The position numbers were made by a program, and so were the translations under genes. Source: Botryllus schlosseri (taxonomy: Eukaryota). From it: a stretch of 64,000 bases of DNA. How positions within the stretch are numbered: the stretch's first letter is position 1; each line of letters opens with the position of its first letter. This document shows, one piece after another, positions 12,201 to 24,200 of this stretch. A model generated the notes under the pieces. That model was not told the origin of the DNA and made no database searches. It saw nothing but the letters and a program-made list of their open reading frames with translations. The stretch spans positions 11,904,001 to 11,968,000 of the forward strand of contig CM119382.1 in assembly GCA_051294905.1 (NCBI GenBank), read 5' to 3'.

Positions 12201-15200
12201 TAAACAAACCGAAATGGCTTTGAACCGCTCACAATCTCGCTATAAGGCAGCACGAGAAACGCCGCTTTCACAGCATTGCAAAAGGCGGGGTATCACCCGC
12301 TCCAATTTGAAATGTCATAGTGCCATAGCGATGGGTGGTAAGAGGCACGCAGCGCGTGATTCGCAGCGATATCATATCGCACACAGCGAACGACACCAAC
12401 TTCACCGCTCGTGTGACGTCACAATTCATTATATCGGCGCAGCGACTTTCACTCGCAAATAGTAGCCTACCCACAGGGTAATCGCCTGTTCCAAGACGCC
12501 GTTAAGCTTAAAGGATATTTCGTTGTTTTATTTACGCGTAAGCATACCTGGTGTTCATAAAAGATGCGAATATCATCGAGTGCGGTGCAAAATACCATAG
12601 TAACACCTGGGTCCTGTCCCTACCGCATTCTAGATTAGCATTCTATTGTTTTTTAGACCTTGATATTATATTGTCGCACAGGCTTCTCTACACGCACAGT
12701 CGCACATCCAGCCTCGCTGTAAATTGCTCTGGTGCGGTGGTTTCAGTCGCCGGTCCGTGGACGACAGGGGTCAACTTTCCGGCCGATCAGCCATATATAT
12801 TTCAATTTTATTCTCAATTCCAATATGTGAGATTCTCAAGGCTTCTTCATTGATTGGAGAAATTTCGAACGTAATTTGGAACGCTTTCGATTCATGCCCC
12901 ACCAAACTGTTTAAAAGTGGAGTGCAACTCACTTAAGAATATAAAAAATCCGTGAGAGCTAAGATGACTTTTAAAAGAAAATTAGAGGAAATCCCACGGT
13001 ACAATTTAGCAACAATAGACAGTATAATAGAAAGCTAGCAAACGGTAAGTCACGTTTCCTTCTTAAATGGTTCTGATTCTGATTCGATCCTGGCCCAAGA
13101 AAGAAGTCATTGACAATACCCGACAATGCCACCATGTCGCTTGATCGCTTGATCTCGTAAACTTTCAGGGGCTGCTCTAAGTAACCGTGAAAAAACGCAC
13201 GAACTTACGAATATGTTAGGAGTGGTCCGTCCGGACGCGCGGTGCCTCGGCGACTTACATCCCACCAGGCAATGATTCGAAGTGGTAGCCAGCGGCGAGA
13301 TAGGCATATGAAAACCCGGCCTGTGCCCGAACTGCCCCGACCCGGGCGATTCCATCACGTGAAACTGCGGCGTGACAGCGCCGCTCAAATTCCCGCGGCA
13401 GCCAGGTATGCTAGTGACGCGCCGAAGAGGCACGGAACCGACAGTGGAATGGCGTCTTCGCAATCGCGACAGCCTAGAAACCGGGCGTCTAGTCTTCGGG
13501 TTCAGGAGAGAGGAAGCGCGCTGCACAGACGCGGCGTTTGATTTCCCGTGCGCGGCCGGGTAAGACCGTCGGCATTTCGGAGGCGAGAAAGTCCGCGCCA
13601 GCTCCGGCAGATCGGAAGGCCGCCTTGATTGCGACGTGTCATCGTCGAGACTAGTAGACCGACTGGAGTTCTGCGAGTCGCTAGAGTTTTCGCGCGATGC
13701 GCGTAAAAATCGCGCGTTTTCGCACCCGCCCGCTTCAACAAGTTCGTTAGTGTCACTACTATTTCCGCGCGAGTCCCGTAAAAATCTCGAGCTTTCAGAC
13801 CCGTCCTCTTCAACAAGTCCGTAAGGTACGGACGAGGCCCGTCTCGCTATTACCGGAGACGCGGTAGGCGTGGTGTCAAGTGAAGAGCCGGGTTTAACCC
13901 TTGCTTGTTTCGTGTTAAAGACTCGCTGATGACGTGGCGCGTTCCCATTAGTGGACGCAGTCTTCGCGTCGTCCGCAATAGAGCTCTCGTAATCGCGACT
14001 GCTCTCCAAACACTTTATAAACTCCAGATCGCGTTCGTCCACCACGGTCTCCCCCGAACTGGAAGTGTACGGCTCGCTGTCGTCCGATGTCACGTGACTA
14101 GAAACCGCGCGATTTTCCAGCGCCGCGGCGCTCGCGTTCAAGTCCAGACTTCCGCGTCCGGGAAGCGACAGAAACTTGGCGGCGTCCTTGCTTCCTGTGC
14201 AGTTTGCTGGCGACATCAAACGCCGGGTGAGCAGCGAAGGCTTCGGGGATCTGTCGCGACTCATTTTGCATTGTCGGAGAAAGAATCCGTCGGCCGGACG
14301 GGCTTGCGTAATCCAACCACGGATAGGCGGAAGATGGTATATCCGCTGAGTTACGCTACGTACAAATAATCATGACCTATACGGGCGTCGCGGGAACGCA
14401 AGAGCAAAGGAACAATCAATGGCGGTCGCGAAATCACAACTGATATATTATTCAATTGTATATTGAAGTTCTGTTCTCCAAGAGTCCCTTCTAATCGTGT
14501 TTCGTAGGTAAAAAGTACCCAAAATAGCGCTATGCAAACCTTGTACTGGATTATCACACTTCGTAAACGGTGACGTGACATTGGAACAGGAGACACGATG
14601 AAAAACTACAGTCCACCATGCGCCACTTTAGCACATTACCCCAAAATTAACACTTATCGTAACCAAGCCGCGCCCATTATAAAATCTAACCATAACCCTA
14701 ACTTTGGTAAAGTGATTCACAGTCGCGGCTCTCTGAGCCGAATGCGGCTCCAAGGTAGTCATCTTGCGGCTCTAATTGACCTCTGAATATGCCACAAAAA
14801 TATAATAAACGACAGTTGTTGTTTGTTTCTATGAATAGTTATGGTCAATTTCTGTATATGAAAGCTAAATTTTTGGATATTCTCATATTAGTTATGTCTA
14901 AAGCCGTCCAAGGCCGCTTCTGAAAACCGGGAAAGAGAATTCATACGGACAAGCCTAAAACGCATGGATGAATAGATTGAATACCCGTCAGAGAAGGCTA
15001 TATCTCGAGTTCTACTGGTCATAGACCTTTATCTATAGTCTCCGTGAAGAGTAAATATCGACATAATTTTACTGGCATCAAAGTAACGGCTCATAGTCAA
15101 CTATAAATTGCAATAAATACAATATTACTCATCGTGTAATCCCCGCAAACTTGTGCGTTAAGTGCTGGAATGTATGAAGAGTTATCACATAACGACATAG

Positions 15201-18200
15201 TTGTAGTAATGATATGCCTTTTCAGTTTAATTCAATGTATGGCACTCGCCATTCTGCGTCCATAAATGCTAAAATAACCGATATAGAATCTATAGAAGTC
15301 TATGTGCATTGGGCATGTTTTTTAATTAGCTGGGTGGTGAGATCCTGAGGTAGACCAGCTGCCTTTAAATTTTCGTTATAAGTAGCCTACTCGAATGTTT
15401 GCATGCGGCTCCATTAGGGCTCTTCAAAAATGACTTTTTTTCTCAAATCGTACTGGCTACTTAATAAAATTGTTAGGTTACCTAATTTAAGCCTACACAC
15501 AAAATTTGGTTCAATTCCAGCCAGTAACCGCTTTGCTACAGGAGAAGTAAGTTTCTATTTATTATCTAAAAATAAATATTAAAAAATTTGAAAATTTTTT
15601 GTTCACCCCATGAAAGTGTTAGGCTGTCTATAGAAACGATGCTCACCAAATTTGGTTCAATTCCAACCAGTGGAAGCGGAGTTATTGCCGTCGAAAAATT
15701 TGGATTTGAATAAAATAGTATTTACGGTGAGCACAACTATAATAAATAAAAAAAGAATCGGTCACCGTAAATACTATTTTATTCAAATCCAAATTTTTCG
15801 ACGGCAATAACTCCGCTTCCACTGGTTGGAATTGAACACAATTTGGTGAGCATCGTTTCTATAGACAGCCTAACACTCTCATGGGGTGAACAAAAAATTT
15901 TCAAATTTTTCATTATTTATTTTTAGATAATAAATAGAAACTTACTTCTCCTGTAGCAAAGCGGTTACTGGCTGGAATTGAACCAAATTTTGTGTGTAGG
16001 CTTAAATTAGGTAACCTAACAATTTTAAGAAGTAGCCAGTACGATTTGAGAAAAAAAGTCATTTTTGAAGTGCCCTAGGCTCCATACCTACTCTCGAGAT
16101 TGAAATGCGGCTCCGACATCCAAAAAGGTTGGGAACCACTGCTTCAGACCATATGCTCAAGTGTCGCACGTTATTGTGTCGGATGCTCATTACTCCTGGC
16201 TCAATGCTCGCGCTCATATGATTAAAATCCACGGACCTTCGTAAACTTCCTAATTTCAACACTTAATTCCAAAAACGATTACAGAAGCATCATCTACCAT
16301 TTCATTGCCTTAGACTCAACTTTCCAACGTCATGCAACGCAACCGCAGTCCACCGCGCAGATGCCGCGGTGTAGAGTATCTATCACAATCTATATTTGAA
16401 CACATCAACGCATGCAAGCGCACGACTTTCAAACCTAAAAGGATTCCAAAGTTGCCGCGCGGACTCGAATATTTTTACACGCTTAAACCAACCGATTTAT
16501 ATCCTCGCACAGCGTGTACACCCGAGACTTGAAATCGGAAAAAAACTAGAAATACCAAGTCAAGTCGCCGCGAAACTATTTCACAAGTGAGATCATAGCT
16601 TGGTTTACTTCACAAACAGAGCCGGGAGCACCTTATCCGAGCCGTTTTGCGTTTCTTTATTATCTCACCGAACATCACTCCGGTGGCGATCTTTTGTTTA
16701 TATAATATCGCGGATCAAACAGAGTGCATTACGATCGAAGTTTTCTGAAGGTATCAACGGAACCGGAAATATGTTGAAGAAAATGGAGAAAATTCTTGAG
16801 AACGTTGATTGCATTAGGTTTCGATTAATATAATTCGATTGGTGTATTGCATCCATACGGAACGACGCAATATTTATTTAATTCATTGTTAGCATCAGAC
16901 AAAATTTTCGGATTGAAACCACATACCCGTATTAAGTCCGTTGCTCGAAAATGTGGTTATACATTTGCACGGGATTTTGCGCGATTTTGGCAACAAGATG
17001 AATATTTGCTTTATAGTAAAATCTAAACGTAACAGACGATATTTTCCCACATAATATTACTCGCTTTACATGCGATACTGAATCGATGCACGAAACGTGC
17101 CAAACTAGGTCTTGAGTGCCAAAATATTATAAGCTAGAAATTTTGTTTTGGTTGATTTCGACTTTTTGAGTGCAAAGTATTCCCGACACTGCCCAGGATT
17201 TGATAGCCCGGCAAGTTAAAATAGACATGCCCACCGGTCCGAATCTGAATTCGCACGCCTACACACGAAATCAACATCGCAGTTTGTACAAGATAGGTGC
17301 GTACCGAGTTCAAGAGCTCATCATCTACTGTGAATTGTATGCAAGGCACAGAGTGTGTCAGTTCAGCAAATTGGCGTTGCCTGTTTACCTGGCGTTTGTG
17401 TGATCAAGTTGATAAGGGAAAAGAGTCATGCGAACCCGAAGGATTGCATGCGGATTATGATTTAGCTGAGCTGAGGTATTCTAGTTAACCTAAAGCGGCG
17501 CGAGAGCATGGCTTCTCAAATTTCGGATTGCATCTTCTCCTCGTAATTTCATACCCGGTTATTATATATATCGAAAATATATCATTGAGAAATATACCTG
17601 ATAAATACAATAATGCTACTTTTCGCTCAATTTTTATACCATCCAAGCCATCGCCACTACTGCCGTGCCACCGCGGGACAGTGTTTCAGCTACTGCGCGC
17701 TACACTCGATATTCGTGACTTTCGAAAAGTCACCGCTACCTCTTGATCTGTGTTTAACAGGAATTAGTGTCGCCTATGTAAACACGAAACGCGACTTTGC
17801 GCCATTTCGGACCTTTCATAGCGAGTTAAAAACCACGTCACGGGTAAAGCCGGTGACATCATATAGAGTTATTATGCAGATTACCAGCGAAGATCTAATC
17901 TAATAGTACGAGGCAAGCGACCAGCCGTTGACATGGTAGTCTCTTTTTCAGTAATTTCGCCAGTACCAATATATTAAATTGTACATCACACATTAAAGTG
18001 GCTTATTAGTATTGCGACCAAGGATCGCAAAACTCTTACAAATAGTCTATACTTGAAAATAGTACGCGTCACAAAAGTGATACCCATTAACGATCTTTTT
18101 CCACGACCTGACATAGTTTAGTTAACAGTAACAGCGCGAAAGGTGACTATTGGTGAACGCAACGGGATGTTTTTATGACTAAAAACATTACAGAATTGGC

Positions 18201-21200
18201 CAGGCCACTGTGAAAATGTGAAAGTTCATGATATCGAGCGATAACGAATACGGACTGGATTCGAATCACAGAGAGAGGTGACGATATTTTACGCAACGCG
18301 TGAAAGTCCAATGGCAATTAAATAACTGATTAATTAAATCTGTATTAGAACACAAGCGTACGGTACCAAAAATCTCCACCTACACCTTTCCACGTCACTA
18401 AGTATGCTGGTATCGACCATTTACAAAAAAACACCTCATCAATCGCTCAGAGACAGATAAATTTCATTCTTCCCAGCTCGGATCCCGATTCAGATATTTT
18501 AGCTTCAAATTAATGTCCAAATTCCACATTCTCCCAAACAAAAAAGACTTCGTCACTAAGTTCTCTAATTACATTATAGAAGTCACGAAAATCTAACTCA
18601 GCAGGGTGAACAGAGAACCAGGTCCAAGTCGCATTGGATGGCAAATACCAATTAAATAATGGAGCTTAATGTCCCTCCAATTACCTCCGCAACACAGCCT
18701 TATTACAAATGACACTTGTCAACATACATGACTGTGGCGTGGCTATACGAAAACCATTTCCACATAATGCGCACACACAGATGATATGTTCAGAACGCTT
18801 TCTCATTTGCATATCACGTGACGTCACAGAACAAATCACCACACGCACACATTACCCTGTCTCATTTGTAACTTGGATGGGTCACGTCACAGAATCGCGG
18901 TCGTTCGTCGTGAAACAAAATCTGCCGCAGAATAGTACAAGCGCTATCGTGCCGGGCATGGTTCCAGCCACGCGATAGCAGTTACATCCGCCGGTAACGA
19001 GGGTAGTGCAGTCATCGATGGCTAAACTGTGGCGTCATGGCATGGTCGGCGGTTGAAGAGGTTAAAGCGACATTGTGTACGAGGGTTTGCCTAATTGAAC
19101 ATTTTTCGGCAAAACTATACATACTTTTCACGTTTTAGATTTGGAATAGCAGAACGTAGTTTTGGGATAAGTTTGCGACACTTATAGATGCGAAGTTGTC
19201 ATAAGAAATGCGTGAAAGTATCTGTTGAATATATCGTGCTTGTACCACGTACCTATTCGCATGCGGTTAGTCATTTCGGCTTCGCAGAAAACCAAGATAC
19301 AAAATTGACCCAAGAAGTTCTAACTAGATTTGGTCAACGGGTCGGCGGCTCGGCGGTCATTATCATCAGAACACCCATTCCGTACCTATTATCTATATCT
19401 ACTTGCTATAACTGTTGAACCGACGACGATTTCGTTTGTGTTTACACAATTATGGAATAATGATACAACGTTTGTAAAATAATTTTCTTTCACAAAGCAT
19501 TTTTTTTAAACACTGTATAAAACATGTTTTAAATACAACCCATTTTTAGCAGTTAATCGGAAGCGGTCACCTTCAAAATTGATGTGGGTATATGGGGGTA
19601 TCTTCATGACCAATGTCACTACAAATAGGAGCAATTCTCGAAAATATTTCAGCTACCATGATACGGGGGGGGGGGTCGTGTGTAAGTGATGAAAGCATAT
19701 CCCAAAAGCTACTTTCCACTCCACAAAATACGAAGTATATAAAGTCAGTAGTTTTGCCTGAAAATATGCGAGTAGAAGAAACCTGCTTCTTGAGAACTTG
19801 GAAACAGCTAAAGCACTTCGTTACCTGATATATCTGTCGTGAACAATTTCCAGCAACCCAACACCGCATACTTCAGATATATATCGTGTCCGCTTAACGA
19901 ATACAGACCTCAGCGTACGTCCTCAACATTATCGCTGCTGCTGTAAACCCACCATCTACAATTTTAGTCGCTCGAAAAACATTCCTATGCCTCTACTTAA
20001 CCGCACACGGACGCGATCGGTTGCATACAGCACAACGACAACGACGCGCGTCATTAACATTAGACGAATCGAAGACAATTTCAGAAGTGCGGTCGTCAAA
20101 GTCGTAAATAACAAGATTTTTTTGTCGATAGAGCCGCCGTAACAAACGAGTCGGCCGTAACAAACGAGTCGGCCTCAACAATCGGGCCGTAAATAGCGCG
20201 ACCAATTTCGCCCAATATAACGCAGCTGCGGATGGCAAGATTGTTCGGAATTTCGCCGACAGCCTATAATGATGATGGACTTCCATTGGAGCCAAGTTAC
20301 GATAGTGATATATATCTTCCAGCGCTGTACATAACCCACTATCCACCATCTGGTGATACGATTGTTGAAATACAACGTTCTTTCCAATTCTCTAGTTCTA
20401 GTAGTTGCGGACGATTACCCCTGATGAGTGTCAGTCGAAAATATTCGGCTTCATATCAACATGAATATAATATTCCAATCCGCTAATGTGTGTCGGCAGA
20501 AAATATTTGGGTTTATTTCAATATGAGGACATTATTCAACTGAACATTTAAGTACTGTACCTTTAAGAGTCCGTCCAAAACTCGCAAGTGGCGGCAACGC
20601 GGACATACCGTACGACGAGCTGACTTATTTGTGACGCTTTGCGAGACCTTGCCAGGGTGGGCAAAAGCGAGTACCCGGATGATTAGTTGCCGAGTGCAGT
20701 ATTCGAGTAGCACATATTAACACGTTACAACAGTAACAACGCTTTGGAAAGTTCAAGTGCGTATCTTTTTTGAGGCCGCAAGGGACATATCACCAGCCAT
20801 ACGTCACCCAAAGTTAGTTCCTATCTTCCGAAATATCAAATCAGGTCGCGGGCAGCAAAATATGACCTCGAGGGCCGCGTGCTGGTGACCCCTGCTCTAC
20901 AGAAAACCAATGGGCCTCGTCTCTACTACATGCCAAGATAGATAGCCTACCATCGCTATAGGGAAGCTATTCAGTCGAGGCTTCGGTACCGGTACTAAGT
21001 TTTGTGCTACAGACCACAGTACGCGGCAAAAGGTACTAAATTAGTGACGTCACGAATTGTCATTCATAGTTCTAACGAATAGTCGATTACCATCGAAATT
21101 TCACGACTTGGGAAAAGAATCGCGATTAGGCTGCGGGAGGCCTGCCCGCCGAGTTACAATCGAATTCAGTGCGATAAGTGTCGTGAGATTAACGTCACGA

Positions 21201-24200
21201 TCCGCATTCCCAGCGTAAGCGCACGACTAGGTCTGAATTTGGGCGAAAAAAGCGCCATCAATTTGACTATTAGGCCAATGTCTCCAGATAGCAATGAAAG
21301 AACTGTCGGAACTTCTTCAAAATATTGCTATGCATTCAGGATGCAATTCGTCGCGCCATCTGATATTACGCGTCTGGTCGCAAGTCGGTAACGTAGGCTA
21401 GGCTACGCAACGCACTGAAATCTCTAGGTAATTGGTAACCTGACAGTTCCTGCTGGAAGCACGCACGGTTAGCTTTAGTACCACCAATACTAATACCCGT
21501 TGCTAAACTTGCATATAGGTTATGCAGAATTGTATGCAAACTTGCATACAGGCTATGGTTACAAACAATGTTATCGATAAGCAAACCTGATTTGGAACAC
21601 TATCGACGACATGGCAAGTAAATTAAGATCACTTGTCAGTCATCAATACACAATAGTAAATTCATGACCAGCTAGTACTAAAGAGTATGTTGCTGCGTTA
21701 TTTTGTATTCGAGACTTGGAAATAAGATTAGATTCGAAATCCTACAGTCGGGTTTGGATTTAATAATCGCTATAGTTTATGGTAGTGGTCTAGTATGGTA
21801 TAGTCGTGTACAAACACAGCGGTGTCAAAATGTGTGGAGATTAGTTTGCTCTTCCCTTCACTTGCAGTCGAGACTTTCATTTATATTTGAAAAATCGAAT
21901 TTTACTGGCAACCCCGCGATTGAATATAATATTTACGGTCGGAAAATTCTTTAATTACAAATTCTAGCTAGAACTACCCACCGTAAATATTATTATTACA
22001 CATCCAAAATTTTCAACATCAACAATTTCGATTCTACCGGTTGTAAGTGATCCAACTTCACCATGCTTAACAACAATTTCATGGAGTTATCAGTTAACTT
22101 TGAAGAAAAAATTGTTTCAATTAATTCACAATTTTTCAACTTTAATATCTACGCTTCTGCGAGTTGGATTTGAGCGGAATAATGGGTGCTGAGTTTTTAG
22201 TCAAATTAACAAATATAACGAATAGCCAGTTGAATTTTAAAAAAAGCTGTTTTGAACAACTCTAATGTAGTTGATTCAGAAGTGGACGCAGTCAAAGACT
22301 TTGAGATCCATAGACTCTATCGACTAGAGACTTGACTGGACTCCTTCGTCAAGACACTTTGTATTATTATTGACATACTGTCCGACTCAACTCAACGCGC
22401 TGCGGTTTCACGCAACGTATATCATTCTTTATCGGCGCTAACATTGTGATCTCTACGCACATACCAGAGATATCTAGAACTTGTAGTAATGCTAGATAAC
22501 CATGTGCTGTGCAGTGCGTACGAACTCTGTACAGGCTTTCGTTAAAAATATATTTTCCGCCATCGATCGCACATCTGATCGCTACCGGCTTAATGCCGAT
22601 CGCAAAATAGACCGTGTAATTTTCGACAACTCATATCAACCCTAGAGAAAATAAATGCCTCCCTGATATCGTGCTGTACCCTTGGATTAACCTGCCCGTA
22701 CCAGTCACATAGATTATGATAATATGTAAGATATACGCCGCTATGAATAATTTGAGTTATACGTCGACAGCTCGACACACCGATAAGTTAGGATGTCATT
22801 GGACTCAGTGTCGTCACGTCATAAGCGAGAAGGAGCCGGAATCGACTTAACGACTATAAATTAATTTAAAAATTATGCAAAGCGACGCAACGAATACTAC
22901 AATGATGTACGAAACGGACACTTGGCGCATGCTTATTGCGTAAAATTTCAGAATCATGACGTCATTGGGCATGGATCGGCAAAAGATGGGGGTACATATT
23001 TGAAATTGGGACAAAAATTGAGATTCGAAGATTTTGCATGAATTCGAATCGGAATTCGATTTAGCAAAGCCGAGTTAAGATTCGAACACGGAGTCCAGAG
23101 ATGGTCAAAGTCGTTGGTACTTAATGTGAGCGAGTTTAAGTAGCCGTATCCGAGTAAGCAAAAAAGTAAGTTTTACCGAGAAAACTGCACTTCGTTACCA
23201 ACTCCACCTAGATCTCGGTTTGGATCTACGCAGGGCACCAAAATCATTCCGTACCTGCACTTTTAGCCAAAGTCCTGGACAAGAGTTCAATTCAAAAATG
23301 CCAAATCCGCCCATAAGGCTAAGTTAAGTTAATGCAGACACAACAATCGTCGATAACACTCCATCAGGCGGCCAGATCAAAGAAAACAATCTGTTCACGG
23401 GGGTTTGGGCGGGCGCACGCATCGCAAATGCTACGAAAATAGCATGTGTTCGAATCCCGAAATCGATTGAGCAATCGCACAATATTGCTGCCGATAAATA
23501 CGCGGCGCGCTCACTTATCGCCGAGACTGGCCGACTCCGTCTGAGACCACAAAATCCCAGAACTATAAATGTGATACGGCTCCGCAAATGTCGAACGCCT
23601 GTAATACGACTCCGAACGCGCAATGAACTCTCCCAAACGGTCTGAAATACATAGCGTTCATGGTTCAATCCCGCAAAAGCTGCCGACTAGCCAAGTGAAT
23701 ACAGCACTTCGGGTGACGTATGTCAGAAATGATAACCCTAATCTAGAGCCAGAAGTGGTACACGTCCGGTTCTTGATTGACGGGTATTCGAAAATAGGAA
23801 TTCGCACGAGGAGACGCTCGTTACATCTCAGATTTCGTAGTTCCGATTTTAACGCTTGCGGTAAGCGGATTATACTCGAAATAAGCGAAGCGATCCAAAT
23901 TCTGCGACGGGGACATGATTAATTTTGCCGGCAGAATTAGTCATTCGTGGAAATCTGCGCACAAACATCGATATGCATTGTATGCTATCGTTGTAGAGTC
24001 ATGAAAACGTATTGGGCTCTGCGCACGGTAACCAAGTGATTTATTCAGAGTGGCATATAATGGTGCTAGCCACACAAGTAGAAAATAATCAGAAATCTAC
24101 GATAAGCCTTTGTTTTGAAGAAATAACTATAGTAGTTTTTCTTCCGATAAACGATTTTGGAACGCGTTATTATCGCCACGTTAGCAACTCAAATTAAAAC

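Noticed and set aside
13372-14369. Plus-strand ORFs (154 aa and shorter) over the 13-14 kb exon
   Set aside because: Antisense shadows of a GC-rich coding exon.
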